Below are positions 1 through 10,086 of a stretch of DNA of 64,000 nucleotides, in pieces. The stretch's first letter is position 1. Every line of letters starts with the position of its first letter. The DNA lies in NCBI RefSeq assembly GCF_056746865.1, contig NZ_CM163382.1. The stretch is one strand, 5' to 3'. The notes beneath the pieces were generated by a model that made no database searches, was not told the DNA's origin, and saw only the letters and a list, made by a program, of their open reading frames with translations. The position numbers and the translations under genes are program-made.

Positions 1-215
1 TGGATGCGTTACGCTCCTGATGACGTCATTTGACGTTCAACAGCATCACGGGGCCGCGCGACATTTCACGTCAGTCAGTGCTATCGCTCAGGAACAAATT
101 TTCCCGAATTGGGATATGCCCGCAAATTGCTGGTGATGTGGGGAGAATCTGGTTGAGTTCGGTAGAAATGATTTTTAGGCAGAACGCTTAAATTGTGGCG
201 TCCTGAAACGAAAAA

Positions 216-235
216 CGGACCTCCGTGGAGGTCCG
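216..235 (-). terminator. Rho-independent terminator-like hairpin (9-bp stem cggacctcc/ggaggtccg, T-run on minus strand); likely the native terminator downstream of the tRNA-Phe 3' remnant
   Basis: Perfect inverted repeat at 216-224/227-235 followed on the minus strand by TTTTTCGTTT; sits immediately 3' of the tRNA-Phe fragment. Confidence 0.5.
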
Positions 236-247
236 TTTATATGAATT

Positions 248-265
248 TGGTGCCCGGACTCGGAA
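248..265 (-). repeat. Island-junction direct repeat: 18-nt exact copy of the 3' end of tRNA-Phe (TTCCGAGTCCGGGCACCA), attR-like
   Basis: Reverse complement of 248-265 equals the 3' terminus of E. coli tRNA-Phe; only the 3' part of the tRNA is present, as expected for the distal att repeat of a tRNA-integrated island. Confidence 0.6.
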
Positions 266-513
266 TGAAACTGGTTATATAACCAATTGTTTTGTATCGA
301 CTGTTTTATCCTTGTTCTTTTTGGGGCCACCAATGAGGCCCCCATGTGCAATTCGAATTCTTTTGACGCTATAATCCCTCTTTTTTGTGCTTTGTTGTAA
401 TCATTTTGTCTGGTTCGATATGCTGAATCGCGGAATCGAAGTAACAACAAAATACAGAGATTTATAAAATACCTGGCTACCTGTGTTAGGGAGCGTTAAC
501 GCACAGATTTTGT

Positions 514-840
514 TTATGGCTGCCAGAAATGATCTGATGGTTTGTCGTCTGGCTCTGCAAGTACCCTGTTGATATCCCGGGAACCATGAACGATACGTTC
601 GATACGAACTTCAGTATCCAGTACCCTGAACAGCAGAAGGTAACGACCATACGAACAACCTCTGATCCCAGCCCCTAACTCGGGTCTTTCTCTGTAGAGT
701 ACTGGCGATTCGGCTATCAACAGACATTGTTGGTAAAGCTCTTCGGTAAAACTGATTGCACGGACAGGATTATCCTGAGCGATCCAGTCACCTATAGCTT
801 CAAGATCGTGTTCTGCTAATGGTGAAACAGTCAGTTTCAT
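514..840 (-). CDS. parE: Type II toxin, ParE/RelE family
   Basis: 108-aa ORF with ParE-like sequence; 4-bp overlap with the upstream antitoxin ORF. Confidence 0.75.
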   Translation of the reverse strand: MKLTVSPLAEHDLEAIGDWIAQDNPVRAISFTEELYQQCLLIAESPVLYRERPELGAGIRGCSYGRYLLLFRVLDTEVRIERIVHGSRDINRVLAEPDDKPSDHFWQP

Positions 841-1100
841 ATTGGCTGTTCACCTTCTGCCATCTTTTTGTATTTGTGCGTCAGTCGCCCGAATACCTCT
901 TCAGCACTTTTACTTTCACCGCTGTTGATGCCTGCGGTCACGGCGCTCTGGAGTGATTCAAGCTTTATCTGCTGTTCCCGTTCTTCCAGAGCACGAAGTC
1001 CGGCACGAATGACTTCACTTGTATTGTTATACCGACCACTTTCTATTTGTTCGCGGATAAACGTTTCAAAGTAAGGACTGAGGGATACACTGGTAGGCAT
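837..1100 (-). CDS. parD: Type II antitoxin, ParD family (ribbon-helix-helix)
   Basis: 87-aa ORF, ParD-like N-terminus (MPTSVSLSPYFETFIREQIESGRYNNTSEVIRAGLRALEE); translationally coupled to parE. Confidence 0.75.
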   Translation of the reverse strand: MPTSVSLSPYFETFIREQIESGRYNNTSEVIRAGLRALEEREQQIKLESLQSAVTAGINSGESKSAEEVFGRLTHKYKKMAEGEQPI

Positions 1101-1171
1101 GGTGATTTTCTCGCCGATTGATTACTATCAATTAATAATAGTTAATATTCGCGAATTGTAAAATACCTCTT

Positions 1172-2038
1172 TTATGCCTTGCGGCTTTTGTTCACTGTGC
1201 TTGCCAGGGCTTCCGAGTAGTGTCTGGCAATAATATCATTAAGCCTGTCAACCAGTTCTGGTTTCCTGAACGTGATGTGCGCGGAGCCCTTCTTAAAGTA
1301 TCTGATGCTGAACATCTCATCTTCATAGTCCTCTTTACCCTGAACAGACTGGATGTGGTCATCCAGATGAATGGTGATGTTTTCCCGGTTGTCGGGGATC
1401 GGTTTGCCGCTGAACAGATACAGCATTCTTTCCAGGTCGGCAAGTCGATCTGCCTGTTGCCCGGTGATAAGATGAAACCCCCACCGGTCCCACCTCACCA
1501 GGTTGTTGACGATAATTTTACTGCCAAATTTACAGGGTGAATTGTTTTCGTAATTCCAGCTCAGTCCCCTGAAAACATTGATCACCCCACGCTCAAACAC
1601 TTCATCTTTGTTCTGGTGCAGTTGTTCAAATGTGCTCAGAATGTTCGCTTCACTGATTTCCGGAAAATTATCGTATTCCAGTGACCGGTACCATGTATCA
1701 CGGGCCTGCGCATCCATTAATGACAGCATCCCGGAACGTTGCATCAGGTCACGCCAGATTTCGCGATCGAGATTGCGGGTGATGGCTTTCATTGCTGTTT
1801 CCGGTTTATCCATCAGCCAGCAGCCACAGCGAAAATCCTGTTTCATGGCCCAGTCCCGGGCGGTTTTACCTCCAATGCTTTCCGTCAGAACTGAGATTTC
1901 AGTCAGTTGCCGGATAAGTGTGTCGATTTGCAGCAGTGTACTCTTTCGTACAGCCAGAATGTGGCGGATACTGGTTGAGCAGATAACGTCCGTATGCCCG
2001 TTGACCACTTCCGGACGGGAGGCTGTGATATCAGACAT
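1172..2038 (-). CDS. DUF4942-like protein typical of CP4-type integrative elements
   Basis: 288-aa ORF; family recognised by memory of CP4-44/CP4-57 gene content; synteny downstream of the cbtA module. Confidence 0.55.
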   Translation of the reverse strand: MSDITASRPEVVNGHTDVICSTSIRHILAVRKSTLLQIDTLIRQLTEISVLTESIGGKTARDWAMKQDFRCGCWLMDKPETAMKAITRNLDREIWRDLMQRSGMLSLMDAQARDTWYRSLEYDNFPEISEANILSTFEQLHQNKDEVFERGVINVFRGLSWNYENNSPCKFGSKIIVNNLVRWDRWGFHLITGQQADRLADLERMLYLFSGKPIPDNRENITIHLDDHIQSVQGKEDYEDEMFSIRYFKKGSAHITFRKPELVDRLNDIIARHYSEALASTVNKSRKA

Positions 2039-2122
2039 AATCGATATTCCTTTTTGCAGATAAATGAAAACGCCAGCCCTGTTCAGGCTGGCGTCAGTGG
2101 AATGAAGTCTGGTGAGTAATAT

Positions 2123-2320
2123 TTACCGGTTCTGGTGCAGAAGCTGCAGATGACGAAGAGTACGGACATCCTCCCGGGCCCGTTCGATACAGGGCAACAG
2201 TGCTGCCGAATCCGTTTTATCCTCATCGTTGTCAAAGATAATTCCCGATTCGCAGTCGATATTGTCCTGCAGCCACACAATCAGAATATCCAGTGCTGTT
2301 TCCGTGGTTAATGATTTCAT
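2123..2320 (-). CDS. Small hypothetical protein, YeeW-like position
   Basis: 65-aa ORF between DUF4942 and the cbtA-associated ORF; overlapped by alternative frames, so coding status is uncertain. Confidence 0.3.
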   Translation of the reverse strand: MKSLTTETALDILIVWLQDNIDCESGIIFDNDEDKTDSAALLPCIERAREDVRTLRHLQLLHQNR

Positions 2321-2331
2321 GTTGTTCCTGG

Positions 2332-2820
2332 TTACCAGTCGAAAGTGGGCAGGTCAGGCAGGCATTCAGCGCTGGCATCCAGATGAATGAGACTGACGCC
2401 ATAACGCCGGATAAGAGTGACAACCAGACGGCGGAACGTTTTTGACAGTCCCAGGCGTTTAAGTCGCAGAACCGGGTATGACCACGCATCGGTACGTAAC
2501 AGATATCCGCTACCTGTAAAATGAATCCATTCTGATTCGCCGGTGTCATTCGTCTGATGTGACAGCGAGTACAACCAGGCATTGTCCGTTTCCGTGATAT
2601 GTGCGGTACTGCAGCGTATGCCGGTAAGGGCCGCAGATGGTGGCGTGCGCTCTGCTGATGCCCGGTCAGATTCATCAACAACACGAAGGGAGTAACCGTT
2701 ATCGCAGACCACGTTAATCAGTTCAGCGAGAGTAACACCATCGACGTCAACGACAATGCGCCCCATGTTCAGTGCCTGCACGTTAATGCTGTCGGCTTCC
2801 AGCGTCAGGGCCAGTTTCAT
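2332..2820 (-). CDS. Hypothetical protein translationally coupled to cbtA
   Basis: 162-aa ORF; its start overlaps the cbtA stop by 4 bp (2817-2820); no family recognised. Confidence 0.45.
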   Translation of the reverse strand: MKLALTLEADSINVQALNMGRIVVDVDGVTLAELINVVCDNGYSLRVVDESDRASAERTPPSAALTGIRCSTAHITETDNAWLYSLSHQTNDTGESEWIHFTGSGYLLRTDAWSYPVLRLKRLGLSKTFRRLVVTLIRRYGVSLIHLDASAECLPDLPTFDW

Positions 2821-3194
2821 TGTTTCGCCCCCGGATGTTTACCCAAGGTAATGTTATTTACCGTTCTGTAATTGTCGCGGGCCATCAGGCCGGTTGCCCG
2901 GCGGGCCCGGAGGATATCAATACTGTTTATTAACTGAGAACGGGTACAGGCGCTGAATCCCGGCTGGTCGGTACGTACCAGTGCGTATTTTTCAACGAGA
3001 AAGTTCACCGCATCGCACAGTGAAATGCCTGCCTCAATATGCTGCTCAATCACACGTTCATCAGCGAACGGTGTGTCATTCAGTGTGAGGCCGTAATGCT
3101 GGTCCAACAGTCGGGTGAGCAGTGTCTGCCAGATGGTGACGGGAGACGGGCAGCGCGATGCCTCCCGTACGTGTGTGTCAGGTAATGTTTTCAT
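2817..3194 (-). CDS. cbtA: Type IV toxin CbtA/YeeV family (cytoskeleton-binding toxin)
   Basis: Near-identity by eye to YeeV/CbtA from the internal Met (MKTLPD...HYGLTLNDTPFADERVIEQHIEAGISLCDAVNFLVEKYALVRTDQPGFSAC...); start placed at ATG 3192-3194 rather than the upstream in-frame ORF start. Confidence 0.85.
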   Translation of the reverse strand: MKTLPDTHVREASRCPSPVTIWQTLLTRLLDQHYGLTLNDTPFADERVIEQHIEAGISLCDAVNFLVEKYALVRTDQPGFSACTRSQLINSIDILRARRATGLMARDNYRTVNNITLGKHPGAKQ

Positions 3195-3240
3195 CTTAAG
3201 TTCTCTGTAACTGGTAGTGCTAAAGGTGAGATATTCGGGG

Positions 3241-3615
3241 TTATGAGGTGGTTGCGGGTGCCAGTGTCGGATAAACAGCCATATAAACGTAACCACAGCT
3301 GCCGAGGGTGTCGGCTTCGCAGGTCAGCCCTCTGGCATACAGCGTGACGGTATGCTGATGGCGGGGATTCAGTTCACCGCTGGTGAGCATGAGTTCCAGT
3401 TGTTTCATCAGCAGCGGAAAGGCCTGGTCCAGATGATACGCATCCGCGTCGCTAAACTGCCCCCTGATACCGGCGCGGTCGGCAAGGTAATGCAACTGAT
3501 TGCCCTCCTGCACCAGACGTGCCCCGAAACAGGGCGTCACGGTGCAGGGGAGCCCCCACCAGGGGCGGTCGTTGTTGTTGTCGGGATGCGTTGTCCCGGG
3601 GTGTGTGTCTGACAC
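3241..3615 (-). CDS. cbeA: Type IV antitoxin CbeA/YeeU family
   Basis: MSDTHPGTT...DRPWWGLPCTVTPCFGARLVQEGN..LHYLADRAGIRG.FSDADAYHLDQAFPLLMKQLELMLTSGELNPRHQHTVTLYA matches YeeU; immediately upstream of cbtA. Confidence 0.85.
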   Translation of the reverse strand: MSDTHPGTTHPDNNNDRPWWGLPCTVTPCFGARLVQEGNQLHYLADRAGIRGQFSDADAYHLDQAFPLLMKQLELMLTSGELNPRHQHTVTLYARGLTCEADTLGSCGYVYMAVYPTLAPATTS

Positions 3616-3694
3616 GATAAAATCCTCACAGAAAATCGGTTAAGAATGCTCCGATGGTGGCGATAATTCGGCTCATCAGAATGCCCTTTCTGAT

Positions 3695-3916
3695 TCAGTT
3701 CAGGGTAACGCTCATCAGACGGACATACGGACCAAAACTGTCCTTACGGCGTTCAGCAAACACGGCCAGCACACCGGGAATATCCTGCACTTCACGGCCG
3801 GTATACGTATCCGTGCTACCGTGCCAGCGGTATTTACCGGTACAGAACGGAAAAAGACGGGATGCAGGATGCTGTTGGTGAATACGCATGGCTTCACCAC
3901 GGGTGATGATTTTCAT
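3695..3916 (-). CDS. yeeT: YeeT-like DUF987 protein
   Basis: 73-aa ORF MKIITRGEAMRIHQQHP.SRLFPFCTGKYRWHGS...VRLMSVTLN, canonical CP4 synteny. Confidence 0.75.
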   Translation of the reverse strand: MKIITRGEAMRIHQQHPASRLFPFCTGKYRWHGSTDTYTGREVQDIPGVLAVFAERRKDSFGPYVRLMSVTLN

Positions 3917-3978
3917 AATGGGATACCTCTGAAGACAGAAGATAAAAGTGAAAACAGGTGTGATGTGGTTGTGACGGG

Positions 3979-4470
3979 TTAAAGCAGACCGTGTTCGGCA
4001 AAGGAGAATACCTGGTTGCCACCGACTATCAGATGGTCCGGCACCCGGATATCCACCAGGGCCAGCGCCTGTACCAGACGTTCAGTGATAAGCCGGTCTG
4101 CCTTACTGGGGGTGACTTCACCGGACGGGTGATTGTGCGCCAGCACCACGGCAGCGGCATTGTGGTACAGGGCACGTTTAATCACCTCCCGGGGATGGAC
4201 TTCTGTGCGGTTGATGGTGCCTGTGAAGAGGGTTTCACCCGCAATCAGCTGATTCTGGTTGTTCAGATACAGCACCCGGAACTCTTCCCGCTCCAGTCCT
4301 GCCATGTTCAGAATCAGCCATTCCCGTGCCGCATGCGTGGAGGTGAAGGCCACGCCGGGCTCATGAAGATGACGGTCCAGGGTTTTCAGGGCCCGCTGAA
4401 TGAGGCTGCGCTCGCCGGGCGTCATCGCTCCGGGCAGAAAGGAAAGCTGTTGCATTATGCTTCTCTCCAT
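3979..4470 (-). CDS. yeeS: RadC-like JAB-domain protein (YeeS/YfjY family)
   Basis: HNHPSGEVTPSKADRLITERL motif (JAMM-like HNHPSG); the start could instead be the internal ATG at 4453-4455. Confidence 0.75.
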   Translation of the reverse strand: MERSIMQQLSFLPGAMTPGERSLIQRALKTLDRHLHEPGVAFTSTHAAREWLILNMAGLEREEFRVLYLNNQNQLIAGETLFTGTINRTEVHPREVIKRALYHNAAAVVLAHNHPSGEVTPSKADRLITERLVQALALVDIRVPDHLIVGGNQVFSFAEHGLL

Positions 4471-4950
4471 TCAGTCGATGATGCGCATAATGGCGCTGCA
4501 TTCCGGATGCTGCAGGGCGTAATCCCGCAACCGATAATAATGGACCGTCATGGCATAATTCTCCGTACGACAGGCGTGATGACTGTACGTCATCAGACAG
4601 GCGGCAATGCCGGCGGCTTCCGGGCTCATTTCAGCGCGGTTACCGTTCATGACGTTAAACAGCACCCATGTTTCGTCATCATCGTCATCCGGTTCGGGTG
4701 CCATAAATGCGCCACCGTTGTTCAGGGTGTACAGATTCCAGATACCACCGCAGTAGTCTTCACACAGACGGTCCATCCAGCCGAAGACACGGGGCTCCAG
4801 GGTCACCCACTGTGGAATGAGGCCAAAATGCTGCGGCCAAAAGCTGATGCGCTGTTCATCAGGGACGAGGCTGGCAACCAACTGAGGCGGATTATTCTCT
4901 GGTGTTGTAGCTGAATAAATTGTGGGGGTATTCTGAGAAACGCTTTTCAT
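4471..4950 (-). CDS. Antirestriction protein (ArdB/KlcA-like, YfjX/YafX family)
   Basis: 159-aa ORF with acidic DDDDDE stretch; conserved position next to radC-like gene. Confidence 0.65.
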   Translation of the reverse strand: MKSVSQNTPTIYSATTPENNPPQLVASLVPDEQRISFWPQHFGLIPQWVTLEPRVFGWMDRLCEDYCGGIWNLYTLNNGGAFMAPEPDDDDDETWVLFNVMNGNRAEMSPEAAGIAACLMTYSHHACRTENYAMTVHYYRLRDYALQHPECSAIMRIID

Positions 4951-5031
4951 GAGATAACTCCTTAAATAACAAATAAAAGTGTGTTTTTCAGGAACGAAAG
5001 CTGAATGATTCCCTCACTCAGGGAAACGGCA

Positions 5032-5850
5032 TCAGCGCAGGCTCTCCAGCATCGTTTCTGCCATCACCCACAATGCGCGGTTGAGTTTAATATCGGTGTC
5101 GATGCTGTGAATGGCCCGGGTATGGATACGTTTTCCTTTTGCACTGCGACCGGAAATCCCGCCTTTCAGCATATTCTCCTGGATGGTCTGATATGCGCTC
5201 CACAGGTCCTTACCGTAATCCTCCCGGCGTCGCGGCGTCAGAATGTCGGCGGTGGTGACGGGCTGATGTTCGTCACCATAACGGTAAGTCAGTGCCGCCT
5301 GTGCCAGCGCCTGGCGTGCCGGTGGCGGCAGGACCAGCGACTGCATGGCATCACGCTTCTCCTCTATCCGGTCAAACACGCCCACCACTTCGTAAGCCCC
5401 TTCAATGACTCTGTCCACCACATTTCCCCGGTGCGGAACACGCACTTCCCCCAGAGACTGGCCACAGACGCACCCGTTCTGGCAGACGAACCTGAAGTAA
5501 CCCGGCAGCATCTGGTAGCTGGAGGTACCGTCATGAGAGTTGAGCAGAATAATTTCAGGGACATGTTCTCCGTTTATCTCTCCGGCCCGCCGCAGACGCA
5601 GCATGTGTTTGGTATATTCCCGGCGGCTCTGGTCGCGCACACGGGTCTGGCAGGCGAAGAACGGCTGAAAGCCTTCCCGCTGCAGATTTTCCAGGACGGT
5701 AATGGTGGGAATGTACGCATACCGTTCACTGCGGGAGGTGTGCCGGTCTTCTCCAAAAATACTCGGGACGTGGTACATCAGTTCTTCGCGTGTCAGTGGG
5801 CGCTCCCGACGGATCTGATTTACATGACCAAAACGACTGGCTAATTGCAT
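5032..5850 (-). CDS. DUF932 protein (YafZ/YfjQ-neighbour family)
   Basis: 272-aa ORF; family recognised by sequence memory and synteny. Confidence 0.55.
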   Translation of the reverse strand: MQLASRFGHVNQIRRERPLTREELMYHVPSIFGEDRHTSRSERYAYIPTITVLENLQREGFQPFFACQTRVRDQSRREYTKHMLRLRRAGEINGEHVPEIILLNSHDGTSSYQMLPGYFRFVCQNGCVCGQSLGEVRVPHRGNVVDRVIEGAYEVVGVFDRIEEKRDAMQSLVLPPPARQALAQAALTYRYGDEHQPVTTADILTPRRREDYGKDLWSAYQTIQENMLKGGISGRSAKGKRIHTRAIHSIDTDIKLNRALWVMAETMLESLR

Positions 5851-5939
5851 ACTTTGCTCCTTATGAATGAATTAGCGGTATAAACGAAAAAGCCGCGTCT
5901 CCCGGAGAAGACGCGGCCTGATGGATGAAATGAAGACGT

Positions 5940-6173
5940 TTATTGCCTGAGAATTCCCTCACTGGCGAGATACGAATTTAGCTGTTTTCCGGCATCAGGT
6001 TCAAAATTCCAGCACCGCCAGCGTAGCTGCCCTTCGGCATTGCGGATAACCAGCCGGAAATGCGTTCCCTGGTCATCTTCAATAAGCACATTGCGGTAAG
6101 CTGTTGTGACGGCAACCGCCTGTTCGCGTGAGAAAGGGCCTTCGGGCAATAAAACAGGGTGGCAGTCCGACAT
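5940..6173 (-). CDS. DUF905-like small protein (YkfF family)
   Basis: 77-aa ORF in the conserved CP4 slot. Confidence 0.5.
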   Translation of the reverse strand: MSDCHPVLLPEGPFSREQAVAVTTAYRNVLIEDDQGTHFRLVIRNAEGQLRWRCWNFEPDAGKQLNSYLASEGILRQ

Positions 6174-6178
6174 ACCGA

Positions 6179-6856
6179 CTATTTTCCGATAAATTCAACG
6201 CTGGCGCTGGTGGCATTACCGTCAGCACCAACCGTGACGGTCACTTTGTCGTACGCACGGTCTTCAGGATTGAATACTTCAAACTCAACCTTATTGCCTT
6301 TTACTTCGTAAGAGCCAAAATCAGCGGTTTCTGTTGTTTCCTCGTCATATTCCCGGGCGTATGCCTGCCGGGCAGCCTGCAGGACGGAATCTTTATTAAT
6401 AGTGGTCGTCTGTTTCGGGGAAAAACCGGCAAGTGATGTGACAAATTTCGGACAGACCTTCAGCATATCACCGCGGGTGAATTCCATTCGTACACCAAAT
6501 GCCTGTAAAACGGACACATCACGCTCTGCTATGGAGTGAACGGCTTTTTTGACCATTTCCGGCGCCTGTCCGATTTCCACCTCAACAGCCCTGAATCCCG
6601 TCTGCTGATTACACATTTGTGATGTGGGGATCAGGTTACCGTTAATACTGATACGGCTGCCCAGGAGCGTCTGTACACCATTCGGGCATCCCTGCATCAG
6701 GCCAGTAATACCAATCGTGCCATTTTTCAGCATTACCAGCGCCTGACCATCTTCCGTCATGGTCTGACACCAGCCGTTTTTGACAGCCCAGTTGCCGGCG
6801 GAGGCGGAGAATGATGCCACAGTGAACAGCAGGGGAAAAAGAGCTCTGGTATTCAT
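6179..6856 (-). CDS. Exported hypothetical protein with signal peptide
   Basis: Start placed at internal Met ([20 protein letters not shown]...), a classic signal peptide; upstream in-frame extension lacks signal-peptide character. Confidence 0.5.
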   Translation of the reverse strand: MNTRALFPLLFTVASFSASAGNWAVKNGWCQTMTEDGQALVMLKNGTIGITGLMQGCPNGVQTLLGSRISINGNLIPTSQMCNQQTGFRAVEVEIGQAPEMVKKAVHSIAERDVSVLQAFGVRMEFTRGDMLKVCPKFVTSLAGFSPKQTTTINKDSVLQAARQAYAREYDEETTETADFGSYEVKGNKVEFEVFNPEDRAYDKVTVTVGADGNATSASVEFIGK

Positions 6857-7003
6857 GACTGACCTCTGAAATGAACGTACGGTGTTATTGATAATGATGG
6901 AAGGTATGCAGTGACTGTTCAGGGAATGACGTAGCCGTATATTTAGTTTTCTGTTCAACATATTGTCTCCATACCTGTCGGGACGGCTTTGGCAGGCCGG
7001 CGA

Positions 7004-7684
7004 TCACAGGTTAAAGGTGTTGATAAGTTTATGGATGAAAGAGAAATGTGGCAGGGCGGAGATAAAACGCTCTTCAGCGACCAGACTGTGGATGTGGCCT
7101 CTCCGTTCAAACCGTTCTGATGTCAGGCTGACTGATTTGATATCTGCCAGAGGAAAGACCTGCAGTTTTCCCTTCTGTAACGCGATCAGATACCAGCTAC
7201 CGCTGTAATAAATGAGCCGGCAGGGCTCCAGTGACGGATACCATCGCTCAGTCATCAGAGAGATGTGGATACACTGTCTTATTGCCAGGATGAGTTGCGA
7301 GAAACACTCGGGGAACGTTGCAGTGATATCCGGCGCCGGTAGCCAGATAAGGCAGGGAGAGGGCTCCTGGTTGTCGGTAAGACAGGTTATCAGTCGTCCG
7401 TTCCGGAGCGGAAGTATCCGTGCGATCCCGGTATTCTGTATAAAAGAAAGCATTTCAGGGATCGCACCTGGGCTGCTCTGTCGTCTGAGACTGTACCGGC
7501 CATTTCTGTACTCTAAGTCCAGGTGAACCAGACGCTGATGAAAATCGCGCTGTAAAGTACGTTCTGTAACGCCAAATTCATCTGACAGTGTTTTTAGTGA
7601 CAGAGATTCTCCGGCCATCAGTCGGCTGATAATGAGTGATAAGCGAACCGCCAGGCGATCATGCCGGGAACGATTATCAGACAT
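7004..7684 (-). CDS. HTH/WYL-domain transcriptional regulator (YfjR-like)
   Basis: 226-aa ORF with N-terminal HTH (LSLKTLSDEFGVTERTLQRDF) and C-terminal WYL-like region (YYSGSWYLIA). Confidence 0.6.
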   Translation of the reverse strand: MSDNRSRHDRLAVRLSLIISRLMAGESLSLKTLSDEFGVTERTLQRDFHQRLVHLDLEYRNGRYSLRRQSSPGAIPEMLSFIQNTGIARILPLRNGRLITCLTDNQEPSPCLIWLPAPDITATFPECFSQLILAIRQCIHISLMTERWYPSLEPCRLIYYSGSWYLIALQKGKLQVFPLADIKSVSLTSERFERRGHIHSLVAEERFISALPHFSFIHKLINTFNL

Positions 7685-7886
7685 AGATGTGCACTCCGTA
7701 AGAAAACATCTTTTATTTCATGATGTTATTATGCATCATGATGTTGAAAGGATGTGTCGCATCCGGATAATCAGGAATAAAATGCAGCAGAAAAAATATT
7801 CTTTTAATTATCTGATTTTTAAGCATGATTTCATAAAAAGAAGAATGCTTGTTAATCCAGCGACACATCCTGTCGGCGTGAGTGTG

Positions 7887-8771
7887 TCAGAACAGACGAT
7901 CCCACAGTGTGACCAGCAAGTGGATAATGCGGTCCCGGGCCTTACGCAGAAGCTGTAACATCCAGGCCGGAAAGCTGAATTGGGCAACGGCAGCGTCAAA
8001 GCTTTTCCCGATGGCGTCACCAAAAGTTTGTTGTGCGTGTTTCCGGGCCTGTTCAGAGCGGTTTTCCCCCCGGATATGTGAATAAACTGCGCTGGTTGCC
8101 TGTGGTGGCAGTGCGTGGATCATCAGCGACACCAGTGCCGGAAGATTCCAGCCGACAGGTGCGGCAACGGAGAGTACCGGAAATGATGACGGGAACAGGG
8201 TTGCCACCCGGGCTGTTACTGTCGCCAGTGAGAGTTCCTGCTGACGGGACGGGCATTTTTCTGTGTCGTTCCATTCTTCAGCAGGAAACACGCGATCGGC
8301 ATGGCTGAGAACAAACAGAAAACGCGAGGGATCTGCACCTTCATTCAGTAAAAACTGATGCATGGCAATATCAGCAGCATACGCACGTTCATCAGCCCGC
8401 AGGATCCAGATAATCAGATCCAGTTCCGGCAGTAACTGACGGTAAAGCTCCCGGTATTCCTGATCATGCTGCGGTGTCTCACCAATGCCGGGCATATCGA
8501 CCAGCGTCATTCTGCGTTCACCGAGCTGCAGGGTAAGACGATGAGCCTGGCGGGTGCAGCCGTTCAGGGGATGCGTGGCGCAGATACGGGACTGAAAAAT
8601 GGCATTACACAGACTGCTTTTGCCGGTGCCGGATTTACCCATAATGCCAATTACGGGCTCGTAATGAATAACACCGTGGAGATGTTCAAGGATTTTCTGG
8701 CGAATTTCTTCAGGAAGAAACGTCAGATATGATTTTACTTGTGCAGAGAGGGAAGAATGGCTGAATGACAT
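7887..8771 (-). CDS. YfjP/YeeP-family GTPase
   Basis: P-loop GIMGKSGTGKSS and G3-like motif DMPGIGE in a 294-aa ORF. Confidence 0.75.
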   Translation of the reverse strand: MSFSHSSLSAQVKSYLTFLPEEIRQKILEHLHGVIHYEPVIGIMGKSGTGKSSLCNAIFQSRICATHPLNGCTRQAHRLTLQLGERRMTLVDMPGIGETPQHDQEYRELYRQLLPELDLIIWILRADERAYAADIAMHQFLLNEGADPSRFLFVLSHADRVFPAEEWNDTEKCPSRQQELSLATVTARVATLFPSSFPVLSVAAPVGWNLPALVSLMIHALPPQATSAVYSHIRGENRSEQARKHAQQTFGDAIGKSFDAAVAQFSFPAWMLQLLRKARDRIIHLLVTLWDRLF

Positions 8772-8955
8772 ACCGGTATCCTGTTGATTTCGCTGAACCG
8801 GATCACACTAATCCGGTTTATCATTCAGGTAATATGGACGTGAAAAATGATGGAATGTCTGAATTACGGACATGATTGTTAAAGTGTAATGGAGTATGAA
8901 GTGAGTTTTTCCGAACGGGAACTAATGACATACTGCGGTTTCAGGAGATGAGAGG

Positions 8956-10086
8956 ATGACCGGACGTAAAAACAAATGTGTCAGAAAAAATTGTAACAAT
9001 CAGGTTTTCTCAGTAAAAATGGCAGTGGAGAAAAGACTGTGCAGAAAACATTATGAGAGGTTTTGTGAGCTCAAAAAAAGAAGAGAGCAAAATCCTGTTC
9101 ACAGATTAAATGAAGCATTGCCAAGAAAGATAAAAGGACCAAAAAGTAAGAAAAAATTAGTAAAAGAAAGAGAAATCATTAACAGCAGAAAAAAACATAA
9201 ACAGGAGCAGGGACCATCGCTGACTGAACTTAATAAAAAAGTTCGTGAGATACTGAAAACTCCTGCATGGAGAACGCTGGAAACGAGAATTCGAAGAAAC
9301 GGAATCACATTTAAGTCAAAAGCAGAGTTAGATGCGCTTTCTGAACTTTATGCAATTTATTCATGGGTTTCATATTGCAAACGGGGCGATAATTATTCTG
9401 TGTGGTTTTTGAATTGTCCGGATGTAAATATAAACCTTCATGTGTGCGAATGCCGGTCTTCTGAAAGCGATTGTTATCTGCCATCTCGTTTTATTATTCT
9501 TCCAGCTCCATTAAGGCAAAAAGTAAAAAGAAAATACTCGGCTAATTCGTCTGGGGTACCAGGACATAATGATTCAAAAAGTCTTTATAAGACAGTTTTG
9601 TCTGTTTGTGGTGGGAAAAGAGAAACCGAATTGTTCTTTTATTCACTGCCAGTAAAGACTAATCATCATCCTTACTGGATTAAAAGTGGTGTGGTTAAAA
9701 GATTTCCTCCTGTTTTTGGTTTGTTGTTTTATGAACAGGAAAGATTAACAGGAGGTGTTTTTCGTTATGTGTTGATAAGGTTTTATAATACTTTTAAGGA
9801 GAATTTGTTTTTTGTTGAGATTGTCTCGTGCTGTTTTCTTGTTGAGCTTTTTCATGATATTGATTCGTTTTTTATAAATCAACGATTAAGTAAGCTGGAA
9901 AGTTTTATAGATAAGTGGAGGGAGGGTAAAGAAATCTGGATAAAAGCATATCTACAACTGATACATAATACATTGGGAATAACTGAAACAGAAAAACTCG
10001 TCAATCTATATAATTCATTTTTTACTGATAAAGTGGTTATCTGGGATGAATCAGTAAAAAAAGTTAAGTGGATTTATGAGAAATAG
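8956..10086 (+). CDS. Hypothetical protein, 376 aa, Cys/Lys-rich N-terminus, no recognisable family; visibly AT-rich foreign gene
   Basis: Long stop-free ORF in AT-rich DNA (unlikely by chance), RBS aggag upstream of ATG; N-terminal C-x6-C...C-x2-H-x4-C and a lysine-rich tract; aromatic-rich C-terminal half. Confidence 0.55.
   Translation: MTGRKNKCVRKNCNNQVFSVKMAVEKRLCRKHYERFCELKKRREQNPVHRLNEALPRKIKGPKSKKKLVKEREIINSRKKHKQEQGPSLTELNKKVREILKTPAWRTLETRIRRNGITFKSKAELDALSELYAIYSWVSYCKRGDNYSVWFLNCPDVNINLHVCECRSSESDCYLPSRFIILPAPLRQKVKRKYSANSSGVPGHNDSKSLYKTVLSVCGGKRETELFFYSLPVKTNHHPYWIKSGVVKRFPPVFGLLFYEQERLTGGVFRYVLIRFYNTFKENLFFVEIVSCCFLVELFHDIDSFFINQRLSKLESFIDKWREGKEIWIKAYLQLIHNTLGITETEKLVNLYNSFFTDKVVIWDESVKKVKWIYEK

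Noticed and set aside
175-450. 91-aa minus-strand ORF spanning the tRNA-Phe remnant and terminator
   Set aside because: It overlaps the att repeat and terminator hairpin in junction DNA, with no RBS and no recognisable protein features; most likely a chance ORF.
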